Source: Candidatus Latescibacterota bacterium (GTDB lineage: Bacteria; Latescibacterota; CBDEFO01). Taken from it: a DNA stretch of 64,000 nucleotides. The translations under genes and the position numbers were made by a program. Below, one piece after another: positions 29,667-40,191 of this stretch. Positions within the stretch are counted from its first letter, which is position 1, and every line of letters begins with the position of its first letter. A model generated the notes under the pieces. That model did no database searches and was not told where the DNA came from. It saw nothing but the letters and a program-made list of their open reading frames with translations. The stretch covers positions 1,440,001 to 1,504,000 of the forward strand of contig OZ252149.1 in assembly GCA_965248755.1 (NCBI GenBank), read 5' to 3'.

Positions 29667-31835
29667 ATGGATTTAATGGACAGCAGTTTTTTTAGAAAGG
29701 CGTGGCTATTAGTCCTTCTTATTGTGTTAGTGGGACTTATAACGAGAAAGTCTCATGGTGAGACGATTATAATAGGAGGCGGCCCGGACAATCTCCGCTG
29801 GGACGAACAATTTTCCGAGATAAAAGTCATCGATTTTGGCACTGATTCCGTCTCGGTTCAACCTAAACGGACTGATCCTAACGATAACATTTCCCTGGGG
29901 ATAATCAATAGGGGAGGGTCAATAACGTCACCTAACGCCGACAAAGCGCTTAGAGTGAGCAATAAAGAAATAGAAAAAAGATTACAGAATATGGTAAGCG
30001 GTGATACGACTGCTTTTGTAGTTAGGGGGATAAAAACTGTAGGGATCATAATTACAATAGATTTAGGCGAGCGATTCGCGGTCAGAAAGATCAAGTTTTT
30101 CCCAAGGAGTGGCTCTGAAGACTTTTTCTTGAGGGGCTATCAGATAAGATTAAACGATGGGAGTGAGGAGCAGAAGTTCTTAGGAGGGAGTCCGGAGTTC
30201 AGGTTCTTTATGTCAGTGGATGACAACGAGGAGCCGATAGTTGACATAGATGTCCCAGTGCAATTTGTCCGTTTCATAGAGTTACAACAGCTTCAACGAT
30301 CGGAGTGGGAGATAGACGAGTTTCAGGTCTTCGGCGAAGGTTTTGTGGCCGCAGCGTCGTATATATCAAAGATATTCGATCAGGGACAGCTTTCCGTCTT
30401 TGGCGGTATAGAATGGTCCAAGGGAAGTATAGGCCAACAGGCCAAATCGAGTGCTACTGTATCGACAAGGAGTGGAAGCGGAACAAGCACAAGTAACGTG
30501 GTGTGGAGGGATTGGTCTCAGCCCTATCGGGCAGGCGTCCTATCTGATATTGTATCGCCAGCACCGCGCCGTTTCTTTCAGTTTCGCATCCTCTTCGAAA
30601 GCGACGATATTGAGTCCGCCACAACTGTCGATTCGCTCGCATTTGAAGTTTCTCCAGCAGTAGCCGACTCGATATTGGGCGAGATATGGCCCCAAAATAC
30701 GCTCATCGGGCAAAACACTACCTTCGCCTACACGATAAGATCGTTCAACAGCACAGGCTTCGACACCCTCGAAATAAAGACCCTGGCGCCGGTGGACGTA
30801 GTAAGTTCGGTGCAAATAGATGGAATTGATGTTGATATTGACAAAAGAGATGTTATAGACGGGTTCAAAATACGCTTTCCGAGGATCACAGGGGACAAGA
30901 CCCTCACGGTAATTTTCGACAGCGTCGCCCTGCAGGTTAACACTGTGTTCAGTGGAAGGGTCTCTGATAGTCAAAGACCCGATTGGCTACCCCAATCCGC
31001 TGTAGATGGAGACGCAGCCCCGGATTTTGGCGTATTCGCGGATGGATTGGGCAATATCTATATTGCGGACGTGTTCAATCACCGGATATTTAAGGTGGAT
31101 ACGTCGGGCATCATCAATACTGTAGCAGGAAATGGCATTGCTGGATTTTCCGGTGATGGTGGTCCAGCTACCAGTGCGAGCCTGAATGTTCCTTCTGGCG
31201 TATTCGTGGATGAATTGGGCAATATCTATATCGCAGATACGAGCAATCATCGGATACGTAAGGTGGATACGTCGGGCATCATCTCCACCGTGGCAGGAAA
31301 TGGCATCCGGGGATTTTCCGGTGATGGTGGTCCAGCTACCAGTGCGAGCTTGGATCTTCCTTGGGGAGTATTCGTGGATGAATTGGGAAATATCTTTATC
31401 GCGGATCAGAAAAATAAACGGATACGTATAGTGGATACGTCGGGCATCATCTCCACCGTGGCCGGTACGCTGCCAGCCGTAAATGACCTTTCCGTAACGA
31501 TCCCTGTGGGTGACGACGTGATCCATTCCATGGAGGCCGCGCCCAATCCCTTTACACCAAATGGAGATGGAATAAACGATATCCTCTTTGTAACCTACGA
31601 CATTTTAAACCTGACAGACATAGTCCCGGTCTCGGTAAGTATTTACGATTTAAGCGGAAGGTTAAGGAAGGAGATCTACTCGGGTCATGATGCCAGCGGT
31701 AGATACCAACGGGACTGGGACGGGAGTGACGATGACGGACAACTGTTGCTCCCCGGATCGTATTTACTTCGTGTAGAGGTAGAAACAGATACGGTGACAG
31801 AGGGTAAAACAGAAACCGTATCTTTAGTCTATTGA
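29667..31835 (+). CDS. Secreted protein with NHL repeats and C-terminal CHU_C/FlgD-Ig-like domain (paralog C)
   Basis: TIDLGERF; WRDWSQPY...SPAPRRFFQ; NHL repeats GNIYIAD..NHRIRKVD; PNPFTPNGDGIND...VSLVY. Confidence 0.8.
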   Translation: MDLMDSSFFRKAWLLVLLIVLVGLITRKSHGETIIIGGGPDNLRWDEQFSEIKVIDFGTDSVSVQPKRTDPNDNISLGIINRGGSITSPNADKALRVSNKEIEKRLQNMVSGDTTAFVVRGIKTVGIIITIDLGERFAVRKIKFFPRSGSEDFFLRGYQIRLNDGSEEQKFLGGSPEFRFFMSVDDNEEPIVDIDVPVQFVRFIELQQLQRSEWEIDEFQVFGEGFVAAASYISKIFDQGQLSVFGGIEWSKGSIGQQAKSSATVSTRSGSGTSTSNVVWRDWSQPYRAGVLSDIVSPAPRRFFQFRILFESDDIESATTVDSLAFEVSPAVADSILGEIWPQNTLIGQNTTFAYTIRSFNSTGFDTLEIKTLAPVDVVSSVQIDGIDVDIDKRDVIDGFKIRFPRITGDKTLTVIFDSVALQVNTVFSGRVSDSQRPDWLPQSAVDGDAAPDFGVFADGLGNIYIADVFNHRIFKVDTSGIINTVAGNGIAGFSGDGGPATSASLNVPSGVFVDELGNIYIADTSNHRIRKVDTSGIISTVAGNGIRGFSGDGGPATSASLDLPWGVFVDELGNIFIADQKNKRIRIVDTSGIISTVAGTLPAVNDLSVTIPVGDDVIHSMEAAPNPFTPNGDGINDILFVTYDILNLTDIVPVSVSIYDLSGRLRKEIYSGHDASGRYQRDWDGSDDDGQLLLPGSYLLRVEVETDTVTEGKTETVSLVY
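31029..31469 (+). repeat. 168-bp tandem NHL-repeat module (2.6 copies)
   Basis: Units start at 31029, 31197 and 31365 with high DNA identity. Confidence 0.9.
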
Positions 31836-31863
31836 GCCCCGATAGACTCAATCGGGGGCTTTA
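31835..31863. repeat. Short palindromic element at a stop codon, terminator-like
   Basis: agccccgatagactcaatcgggggct followed by tta. Confidence 0.75.
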
Positions 31864-31913
31864 ACTGATCTAAAAGCTTCTGCTGTTCTAGCGCGTAACC
31901 AAGGGGGGTACTT

Positions 31914-34610
31914 ATGATAACTTTCAGATCTAAGGCGCGTGGTATCGGTGCTGCTATGGTTTGGGCGGTGATGATTTTCAACACTATTGCTTACGCTCAA
32001 GACTACAGTGCGTCCCGGATAGGGCTGCTTCGGGGTGGGGAGATCTCCTTTGAACCAACCGGACCTGGTGTCATAGTTGACGCTTTGGACCCGGCTGTCA
32101 AGAAATGGTATGTCCCGCAGGAGCTATTCATAGAGTACCAATGGAAGCAGTGGGAGTACACAAACTACGCCCGGGACCGCTACCAGAGGTATGTGGATAT
32201 CACACTTGAGGGGGATTATTTCTACGATCTCTACGGCTCCTATATCACTCGTGGATGGTTGATCTACGACTGGAGCCAGACACAACCCCAGCAGAGCGGT
32301 AGCGGTATTCTCAAGACTTCGAGATACGGAAGCTTCTTCAGCAACTTGGTGATAGCCTCCGATCAAAAGGGGCAGCACCATCTGGCGGTAACTATAGGCG
32401 ATGATATCAGGACGACGCTGACTCCGATGACCTTTTCAAAGCCTGCGTTTAACGGGATCCAGATTGATCTTCAATCCGACAAATATGAAGCCACAGCGCT
32501 CCTTGCCCGACCCAGTAATACGGGAGGTGAACCGTCCCAAAGGGTAACAAGCCAGACAGTCTTGACGGGGGGGAGGGCCACAGCCCAATTGGGGGATTTT
32601 GTGCAAATCGGAGTGACCTACGTGAACGTTCACAACTCTATGACGCTTTTAGAGAGCTTCAAGGGGAGCCCGAGAAGCGGATCACTCGCCGAAACCCAGA
32701 ATTCCAATAACATAACAAAGCTATTCCTACGTCTTCTGGACGATTCTCCCGAGGATTTTGAGGGTGGAGCCGCCCTATTCTCATGGGACCTGATCATAGA
32801 AGCGGATATTCAAAACTTTGACGAAGAGGGAAACCTGACGACGATCGAAAGGGAGGTATTCAGGGCAAGCAAAGTGGGAAGCCTTCCTTCTCCTGAGGGC
32901 GGCTTTCAGCGCAAAGGTTTCTGGGAGGCCAGCGGACCTGAACAGATAGACTTGGAATTCGATTTGCGGTCATATACAGGCTTTGGTCCGTCGGAGATAA
33001 AGAAGGTGACGTTCGAGGTGGTGGTAGGGAACGACTACAGGATCGAAGTATCTTCTGACCGCCAGCTAGACAGGCTTGACAAAAAGGTATATCTATTGGC
33101 CGCCAGAGCCGAAGGCAATACCAAGGACAGCTCGAATCTAAAGCTCCTCAGGATCGACTACGGTCTGCCAACAGGCACCGAGATATACGGGGTAACGCTG
33201 GAGGCGAACGATCTCTTGGGATTCGATATTTACGCAGAATTTGACCGTAGCCGTAGTTACAGACAATATCCCAACAGGCGGGACGTAGAGCACGAAACAG
33301 CCTCCGACGAGGGCGATGGATGGATGGTAAACATATCCAAGATTGACTATCCGTGGTTCCTCTTGGGAGAGGCTTACAGTATGGACCACAACTATAATAC
33401 GTCCGCATTTCTTGCAAGAGGTGATCTTGAAATAGATTACAACAATATTCAACAGTTCACATACGAACTTGTAGATGACAACGACGATCAGGACAGATTT
33501 GCCGATTGGGAAAGGAGAGGCGAATCCCTGGACCGTGAAGTATTCCCGGGCTTTGATGAGAACCAGGACTTTATATCCGACTTTAATCAAAATAACAGCA
33601 GGGAACGGCCAAACGCGGTGCCTGACTACGATGAGCCGTTCTTGAGGTACGGGACAGATCGGCGGGAGTTTCTATTCGGAATAGATATGAACAACAATTT
33701 ATGGGTGGATCGCTTCGAAAATGATGACGACCCCGACTTTCCCTACGACAGGGACCACAGAGGATACAACGCTTATGTTGGTCTTCATGTAACTCCGGAT
33801 GTAAGGGTTATGATCGGCCAAAACAGAGAGGATCTCCTTGCCGGCGACAGGGATAACCTGACAACCTATGCGCTCTTTACTCTGGACAAGGACTTCCCGG
33901 CGTTGGGTAGGCTGAAAATATTCGAGAATTTTAGGTTGGCAAAGGACAATATAGAAGATGATCTTCGCCAATGGGATGATCGCGAAGTTGTAGGTTTATT
34001 TGGTAGAGCAGGGGCAAACGTCTCGACCCCCGATCCTTTGGCGGCGCAAGATACCTGGATAAATTCAGCCTTTGTAAGTTTTGATTACACAAAGAAGAGA
34101 AATCTGAACATTATCAGCAAGCTAAAATTCGATGTGTGGAACCAAAGGGCAGAACGGCCAGGCCTAAGGGACGAGTTCACCTTTTTCGGCCTGATCAATA
34201 AAGTGGACTATACCTTTAAGATAGGGGTCTTTGATATCCAGCCCCGGATCAAAAACGAACTCAGGATAGAAGCTCCGGCGCTCAAATCAGATCCTAGACG
34301 AAGAGAAAATACTCTAATTCTCTTTCTGATTGCTAAGCTCCCCTTCCTTGATGGTTCCGAAATTGAAACCGGAGTTGAATATATGATCTTCCGACAGATG
34401 AGGCCTGAAGATATCCTCGTAAGGGAAGGACTTTTGGACGACTTTACCCAAATCGTAGGTGCAGTGCAATTCTCCAACCTTGGGGACTACTTGGGATACA
34501 AACTGATCACCCAGTTAGGTTTAAGCTTGAACAGAAGGTTCATCCCCGGAGATGATCCCAAAACGGGTAGTTCAGCCTTTGTTACGGTATACGCCGGTGT
34601 GCAAGAATAA
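31914..34610 (+). CDS. Large exported protein, putative outer-membrane beta-strand-rich protein with acidic Ca-binding-like motifs
   Basis: Signal peptide ending AYA; many alternating hydrophobic/aromatic strands; DDNDDQDRFAD, DENQDFISD, DMNNNLWVD; C-terminal strand SAFVTVYAG. Confidence 0.6.
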   Translation: MITFRSKARGIGAAMVWAVMIFNTIAYAQDYSASRIGLLRGGEISFEPTGPGVIVDALDPAVKKWYVPQELFIEYQWKQWEYTNYARDRYQRYVDITLEGDYFYDLYGSYITRGWLIYDWSQTQPQQSGSGILKTSRYGSFFSNLVIASDQKGQHHLAVTIGDDIRTTLTPMTFSKPAFNGIQIDLQSDKYEATALLARPSNTGGEPSQRVTSQTVLTGGRATAQLGDFVQIGVTYVNVHNSMTLLESFKGSPRSGSLAETQNSNNITKLFLRLLDDSPEDFEGGAALFSWDLIIEADIQNFDEEGNLTTIEREVFRASKVGSLPSPEGGFQRKGFWEASGPEQIDLEFDLRSYTGFGPSEIKKVTFEVVVGNDYRIEVSSDRQLDRLDKKVYLLAARAEGNTKDSSNLKLLRIDYGLPTGTEIYGVTLEANDLLGFDIYAEFDRSRSYRQYPNRRDVEHETASDEGDGWMVNISKIDYPWFLLGEAYSMDHNYNTSAFLARGDLEIDYNNIQQFTYELVDDNDDQDRFADWERRGESLDREVFPGFDENQDFISDFNQNNSRERPNAVPDYDEPFLRYGTDRREFLFGIDMNNNLWVDRFENDDDPDFPYDRDHRGYNAYVGLHVTPDVRVMIGQNREDLLAGDRDNLTTYALFTLDKDFPALGRLKIFENFRLAKDNIEDDLRQWDDREVVGLFGRAGANVSTPDPLAAQDTWINSAFVSFDYTKKRNLNIISKLKFDVWNQRAERPGLRDEFTFFGLINKVDYTFKIGVFDIQPRIKNELRIEAPALKSDPRRRENTLILFLIAKLPFLDGSEIETGVEYMIFRQMRPEDILVREGLLDDFTQIVGAVQFSNLGDYLGYKLITQLGLSLNRRFIPGDDPKTGSSAFVTVYAGVQE

Positions 34611-36726
34611 GGGATGGGTTGAGAGTTTACTCAGTAGTAAGACAACAGGCATTTTCCTTATTGCCTTAGCAGCAAGGCTTTTCTACCTCAGTCAGATATC
34701 GGATAGTCCGCTTTTCGACTTCCCTGTAGTAGACTCATTAACTTATGTAGATCAAGCCAAGGATATAGTTGACGGGAACTGGCTCGGTGTCGGGAAGGGC
34801 CCTTTTTGGCAGCCGCCTTTTTATCCGTACTTTCTGGCTTTAGTAAGGTTGATCTTCAAAGACCAGTTCTTCTGGGCAGTTCGCCTGATACAGATTGTAC
34901 TCGGTTCTTTGGGATGTGTGCTGATATTTTTGATAAGCAGACGATTTTTTAATACGTCTGTGGCTATCATCGCCTCGGTGTTGGGTGCTCTTTACGGCAT
35001 CTTGATATATTTTGACGGTGAACTCCTGCCCGCATCCATCGCCCTCTTTTTGGATCTGCTTCTTATTCTGTCTCTTTTAGAGGCTTCTGAACGTCCACGC
35101 ATCTGGAAGTGGCTCCTTTCGGGATTCATCTTCGGCTTATCGGCCATTACGGTTCCCAATGTTTTAGCACTTGCACCTTTTATCTTGCTCTGGATGTGGA
35201 TAGCGTTCAGATCCAGATCAAACGTCGATTCAGTTCTGTCGGCTGACAGCGGGACGATAGAGACTGCAGAACCCAAACTCGAAAGAGGTGGCAGAACTTC
35301 ACAATTTGCGGTATGGTGCGGCAGCTTCCTTCTGGGTGGGCTTCTGGTGATTTCAACTGTTACGCTGAGAAACTACCTTGTAGGCGGCGATTTTGTCATA
35401 ATTTCCTACAACGCAGGGATAAATTTCTACATCGGTAACAACCCTGACTATGACCGAACCGTCGGGATCAGACCGGGATGGGAGTGGGAGAACCTGTCCT
35501 TTGAACCTTTAGAGAAGGGCATAGACAAGCACTCCGAAAGTTCGAGGTACTTCTTCTCCAAGGCGTGGGAATTTATCAGAGACCAGCCCTTAGAGTATTT
35601 CAAACTCCTTTGTAAGAAGCTCTTTTTATTCTGGAACGGGAACGAAATTGGTCGCAATCAGGAAATCTATTTTTCCAGGGGGTATTCCTCTTTGATGTGG
35701 GCTTCCGTATGGAAGAGGATCATCGCGTTCCCCTTTGGGATTTTGTCTCCTCTTGCTCTTGTGGGTCTGATCATATCTCTTCCCCGTTGGCGTAAGCTCC
35801 TGCTGCTGTATATCTTTGTTACAGTCTACGCCGCTTCTGTGGTCCTTTTTCTGGTGACGTCCAGGTATCGCCTTCCAGTGTTGCCCTTTTTGATGATCTT
35901 TGCAGCCTACACGATATGGTGGTGGTTCCAGAGCGCTAAAGGTGGTCGTTATCTGACTCTGACTCTTTCGGTTGTGCCCTTTGTCCTTTTCACCCTGGCT
36001 GCAAACACAAAGATCGGAAAGATGGACACCGCCGACAATGCTGAGGTTCATTACAACCTCGGCACAGCATACCTGCGTAAGCAAATGTATGCAAGCGCTA
36101 TCGTGGAGTTTGAAAAGGTTGTATCTCTTAAAGAGCATTATTGGGAGGCATGGCTGAATCTCGGTTCCATCTATGCCACAATGGGCATGTATGATGATTC
36201 TATAGCTGCCAGAAGAAAAGTTGCGGAGGACAGGCCGAGCTCGATGCTTGCCCAACAGGACATGGTGGAAGGGTACATCAAAACCTGTCTTGGTGCAGCA
36301 CACACTTACATACAATTAGGCATGTACGACAGGGCTCAGAATGAGTGCGAAAGCGCCCTCAAATTAGACCCTGATAATGTAAAGGTTCGTCTCAAGTTAG
36401 CGTATATCCACGATAAGAAAGGACTCTATGACGAAGCTGTGGATGAGTACAGAAAAATCATCCGGACTGGAGACGATAACCTGGAAGCCCGAAATAATCT
36501 GGGCGTTGTTTATGCCAAGAAGGGGATGCTGGACGAAGCTATAGCTGAATTTACGAGACTGATAGAGATCCAGCCCCAGCAATTAGATGCCCGTTATAAT
36601 CTGGCTGTTGCCTATAAGGAGAAGGGGAAGTACAAGGATGCTATTGCTCAATACGAAGAGATTCTCAAGATAGAGTCGGATTATTCCGATGTCCGTCTCA
36701 AATTAGCGCTCCTTCAAAAGAGATGA
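34552..36726 (+). CDS. GT-C fold membrane glycosyltransferase (PMT_2/ArnT-like) fused to TPR repeats; start uncertain
   Basis: D-S-L-T-Y-V loop, PPFYPYFLA, multiple TMs, RNY, NFYIGNNP, RYRLP; C-terminal TPRs (HYNLG, WLNLG, RNNLG, RYNLA). Confidence 0.82.
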   Translation: MIPKRVVQPLLRYTPVCKNKGWVESLLSSKTTGIFLIALAARLFYLSQISDSPLFDFPVVDSLTYVDQAKDIVDGNWLGVGKGPFWQPPFYPYFLALVRLIFKDQFFWAVRLIQIVLGSLGCVLIFLISRRFFNTSVAIIASVLGALYGILIYFDGELLPASIALFLDLLLILSLLEASERPRIWKWLLSGFIFGLSAITVPNVLALAPFILLWMWIAFRSRSNVDSVLSADSGTIETAEPKLERGGRTSQFAVWCGSFLLGGLLVISTVTLRNYLVGGDFVIISYNAGINFYIGNNPDYDRTVGIRPGWEWENLSFEPLEKGIDKHSESSRYFFSKAWEFIRDQPLEYFKLLCKKLFLFWNGNEIGRNQEIYFSRGYSSLMWASVWKRIIAFPFGILSPLALVGLIISLPRWRKLLLLYIFVTVYAASVVLFLVTSRYRLPVLPFLMIFAAYTIWWWFQSAKGGRYLTLTLSVVPFVLFTLAANTKIGKMDTADNAEVHYNLGTAYLRKQMYASAIVEFEKVVSLKEHYWEAWLNLGSIYATMGMYDDSIAARRKVAEDRPSSMLAQQDMVEGYIKTCLGAAHTYIQLGMYDRAQNECESALKLDPDNVKVRLKLAYIHDKKGLYDEAVDEYRKIIRTGDDNLEARNNLGVVYAKKGMLDEAIAEFTRLIEIQPQQLDARYNLAVAYKEKGKYKDAIAQYEEILKIESDYSDVRLKLALLQKR

Positions 36727-36808
36727 GCGTTGTCAAGCATGAGGGTTCTGTAAGTAATTAAGGAATTCATAGATATACGCGATTTACCAAAAAAGGAGAT
36801 TTTGGAAG

Positions 36809-38557
36809 ATGAACAATTGCAGAATATATGCAAAATCGCGGAATACCGCCTTTGTCTTAAGAAAAGCTGCTGGAATCTGGCTGTTTCCAATTGCACTCTT
36901 AATTATCAGCATGAGTTGCACAGGGAAAAAGGAGGATCTGGTACTTGCCCAGGTTGGGGATAAGGAGATAATTGTAAAGCAGTTGACAGAATTTAGCGAT
37001 GAAGTCCCTGTACATTTCCAGAGCACAAAAACAGGGGTAGAAAAACAAAGGAATGATCTGCAGACGGTGATCGACATGGAGCTTTTGATGATGGAGGTCC
37101 GGGACAAGGGCATTGAAAAGGGTCTCCGCTTTCTGAGGAAGATGCACAAGACCCGAACACGAAAGCTCGTAAGTATCTTTCAACAAAGGGAATTAGCGGT
37201 AAATATAAAAGAAGAGGATTTACGGGATTTATTCGAAAAGTCGGGATACTCCAGGGCGATCAGGTTTAGCGATATAATGGTGGACAGCGAGGATAAAGCA
37301 AGGGCTGCTCTTGAGGAGATCAAACAGGGGGAGAACTTTGAGGAGGTAGCCCGACGGCGTTCTATTAATGAGGAGACAGCACCCAGGGGCGGCGATTCAG
37401 GAATGTTTCACACCAAAGTAAGCCTGCTCCCCATTCTTCAGGATAAGTTATTTTCTCTTAAGGTGGGCGAAGTATCAGAGCCCATAAAGATCGGCAGGAG
37501 ATATTCGATCTTCAAAGCCACCGCTGACAGTACAGTTCAACCCAGCTCAGAGATTTACCAAGCACTCTACAACAAAAAGCTTACCCTTGAAAGAACCGCT
37601 TTAGTAGAAAAGCTCAAGGTAAAGTATCGCCTCGAACTGGATCAGGAAGGCTTGAAGGACTTCCTTGAAAGATTGCGCGGCGGCGCATCTCTTCCCACGG
37701 AGGATGATAGGAGCAACGTTGTCTACAGATACGACGATGGAAAGATAACCTCAGAGGACTTTATCTACGTGATCAGAGATGTTCAAGCTATCAGAGAGCG
37801 TCAAGGTAAAGGTGGTCTTCCTATTAAAGATAGCAAGCAGTTAGTCTCCTTTGCAGAGCGTTTCATCATTCCCAACAAAATGATTGTGGAAGCTGCTCTT
37901 CGCGCTGGGATAGATAAGGAAGAAGATACGGCACGATGGCTTGAGAACGAAGGAAGAAAGTTCTTAATGTCTGAACTCAGGGAACAAGCGCTGGAAGGTA
38001 AGATAAACATAACTGAGGACGAAATGCGACAGTACTACGACAGCAATCCAGATAAGTATCTGCTTCCTGAGCAGATAGATATACAGGAGATACTTGTAGA
38101 GACAGAGGAAGAGGCGTTGAGCCTTATGGAACAGATCCGAAAAGGTGCTCCAATGGGCGGGCTTGCGAGGGCTCATTCTACACGTCCTGCAGACCATCGG
38201 GACGAAGAAGGCAGATTCCATTTTCATCCTTTCGAAAGCCAAAAATACGGCGAAATAGTGGAAGCTGCGAAGAAGGCTCAGATAGGGGAGCTTACAGGTC
38301 CTGTTGACGTTAAGGGTACATATCCTACCGTTGGAGGTCCTGTCCAGGTAGCGGGCGGATATTCTATATTCAAAGTGCTATCCAGACGCCGTGAGAGACA
38401 GCCCTTTGAGGATGCCAAAAGGCGCGTCAGAGGGCAGATAAGGAGAACGAAGGAGCGGGAGATATTCGAGCAATTCTTGGAAGGACTGAGAAAGAAATAC
38501 GCATCACAGGTGCATATTCGGGAAGATAACCTTAAAATTGCCTTCAGGACAAAGTAG
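36809..38557 (+). CDS. SurA/PrsA-like parvulin peptidyl-prolyl isomerase, probable lipoprotein
   Basis: Lipobox-like ISMSC; two parvulin domains (GENFEEVARRRS...GGDSG...VGEVSEPI; LARAHS...IGELTGPV). Confidence 0.85.
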   Translation: MNNCRIYAKSRNTAFVLRKAAGIWLFPIALLIISMSCTGKKEDLVLAQVGDKEIIVKQLTEFSDEVPVHFQSTKTGVEKQRNDLQTVIDMELLMMEVRDKGIEKGLRFLRKMHKTRTRKLVSIFQQRELAVNIKEEDLRDLFEKSGYSRAIRFSDIMVDSEDKARAALEEIKQGENFEEVARRRSINEETAPRGGDSGMFHTKVSLLPILQDKLFSLKVGEVSEPIKIGRRYSIFKATADSTVQPSSEIYQALYNKKLTLERTALVEKLKVKYRLELDQEGLKDFLERLRGGASLPTEDDRSNVVYRYDDGKITSEDFIYVIRDVQAIRERQGKGGLPIKDSKQLVSFAERFIIPNKMIVEAALRAGIDKEEDTARWLENEGRKFLMSELREQALEGKINITEDEMRQYYDSNPDKYLLPEQIDIQEILVETEEEALSLMEQIRKGAPMGGLARAHSTRPADHRDEEGRFHFHPFESQKYGEIVEAAKKAQIGELTGPVDVKGTYPTVGGPVQVAGGYSIFKVLSRRRERQPFEDAKRRVRGQIRRTKEREIFEQFLEGLRKKYASQVHIREDNLKIAFRTK

Positions 38558-39028
38558 GAACATGCTCAGATGTACCCCTGTAGTCGTTCTGTAAAGCAGC
38601 CGTAGAAGAAGCACCAGCCTGAATCCAATCAAGGTTTTCCAGGAATCTTAACAGCAGGGGCTAGCGGTGGAGTTGTCACCAGATAAGAACACTGTGAACA
38701 GCGCCTGGACAGTCTCGATCTACTCTGAAAATGCAGGGTAGGAGCGGTTCAAAAGGAACGATTCGGAGCCATTGAACGAGCTTGAGGTCCGTCCGGGAGT
38801 TCTTCGCCTGCCGTCTGGAATTCCCGAAGAAGTGGCACGTAGTCGTCTTCCTCGCCTCAGAGCGGGTAAACTTGCTCTAATGGGGCGTCGGTGCCCGTGG
38901 ACGGGGCACAGGTACGTCCTTCGGCGCAAATAGCCTTTTATAGACGTTGTGCATAGAGCAGGTGTCCAAAGAATCTAAACAACTGTGCAAAGATTGGTAT
39001 TCTCTATTAACGAGAGGGAGGAAACATC

Positions 39029-40057
39029 ATGGAGATCACCGACATCAAGATCCATCAGCCTGTGGGGCTTCTCAGAATCCTGACGGACACTGAGTTGGAG
39101 GGCTGGTGTATGGGTGTGGCCGAGGATACGGCACGCCAGATTCAATCGGCCTACCGGGACGTGTTGATCGGCCAGGATCCCCTGGTCCGGGAGCGTATCT
39201 GGCAGGAACTGGTCCATCTCGACCGTCTCCACTATGTGCCCCAGACTGTGCGGGCGTACGTGGATGTAGCGCTGTGGGATCTGGCGGGTAAGGCGACCGA
39301 TATGCCGGTCTACCGGTTAATAGGGGGTTTCAGAGACAAGATCCCGTCTTACAAGAGCGGGGGGAATCTGTCGGATATCGGTGCCTTTGTGAAGGACGCC
39401 CTGCAGGCCAGGGAGGAGGGATTCTGGGGCTATAAGGACCACTGTAACCTCGGGGTCGATGAAATGATCAAGGTGGCACGGGCAGTCCGCAAGGCTGTGG
39501 GCCCTGAATTTTACCTGATGCACGATAGTGTACAGCAGTACACTTACATCGAGGCGATACGGGTGGGTCGTGCTCTGCAGGAACAGAACTATTACTGGTT
39601 TGAGGAGCCGTTGCGGGACTTCGATCTGATGGGGCTAAAGAAGCTCTCCGAGTCACTGGATATCCCGATTGCAGCGGCCGAGTACTTGCCTGGGACGCTC
39701 TACTCAACGTCACAGCTAATAGCGCTTCAGGCAGTGGACATCGTTCGGGCGAGTGTTCCCTGGCGCGGAGGGATCACGGATATGATCAAGATTGCACATC
39801 TGGCGGAGAGTTTCGGGGTCAATTGCGAGATCAAATCGGGTGGGGTGATGAATGGTTTTGTACACGCTCATGTATTGGGAGCGATCAAGAACTGTGATTT
39901 CTTCGAAGGTTGGGAGGTCGGCTCTCAGGGAGGCGAACCTCTGATTAAGAACCCTCTGGTCCTGGAAAAGGGATATCTTCCAGTTCCCCAGGGGCCTGGT
40001 TTGGGGGTAGAGATAGACTGGGGAGAAGTGGAGAAGAAGACGGAGAGTGTAATCTGA
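39029..40057 (+). CDS. Mandelate racemase/muconate-lactonizing (enolase superfamily) enzyme
   Basis: VDVALWDLAGK, PVYRLIGG, YKDH, MHD, WFEEP, AAE, VPQGPGLG. Confidence 0.9.
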   Translation: MEITDIKIHQPVGLLRILTDTELEGWCMGVAEDTARQIQSAYRDVLIGQDPLVRERIWQELVHLDRLHYVPQTVRAYVDVALWDLAGKATDMPVYRLIGGFRDKIPSYKSGGNLSDIGAFVKDALQAREEGFWGYKDHCNLGVDEMIKVARAVRKAVGPEFYLMHDSVQQYTYIEAIRVGRALQEQNYYWFEEPLRDFDLMGLKKLSESLDIPIAAAEYLPGTLYSTSQLIALQAVDIVRASVPWRGGITDMIKIAHLAESFGVNCEIKSGGVMNGFVHAHVLGAIKNCDFFEGWEVGSQGGEPLIKNPLVLEKGYLPVPQGPGLGVEIDWGEVEKKTESVI

Positions 40058-40191
40058 GCAGGGGGTATCAGACAATGTAGGTGCTATCAATTCGTGGCCT
40101 ACCGTGGAAGCAGCGAGCCACACAGTGGACACAGCACCCGGTCACTGCAAGAAGACATTACGTCACCGCGCTAACAAGAGAGGTTCTTTCA

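Noticed and set aside
38600..38940. Possible gene remnant or ncRNA between the PPIase and the first enolase (also 47070..47500, 49400..49630, 52870..53140)
   Set aside because: Looks like decayed coding DNA, but no family motif could be recognised by eye; BLASTX is needed.
39135..39152. Additional copy of the short palindrome (ccagattcaatcgg)
   Set aside because: Only the loop and half an arm match, in a different frame; probably chance.
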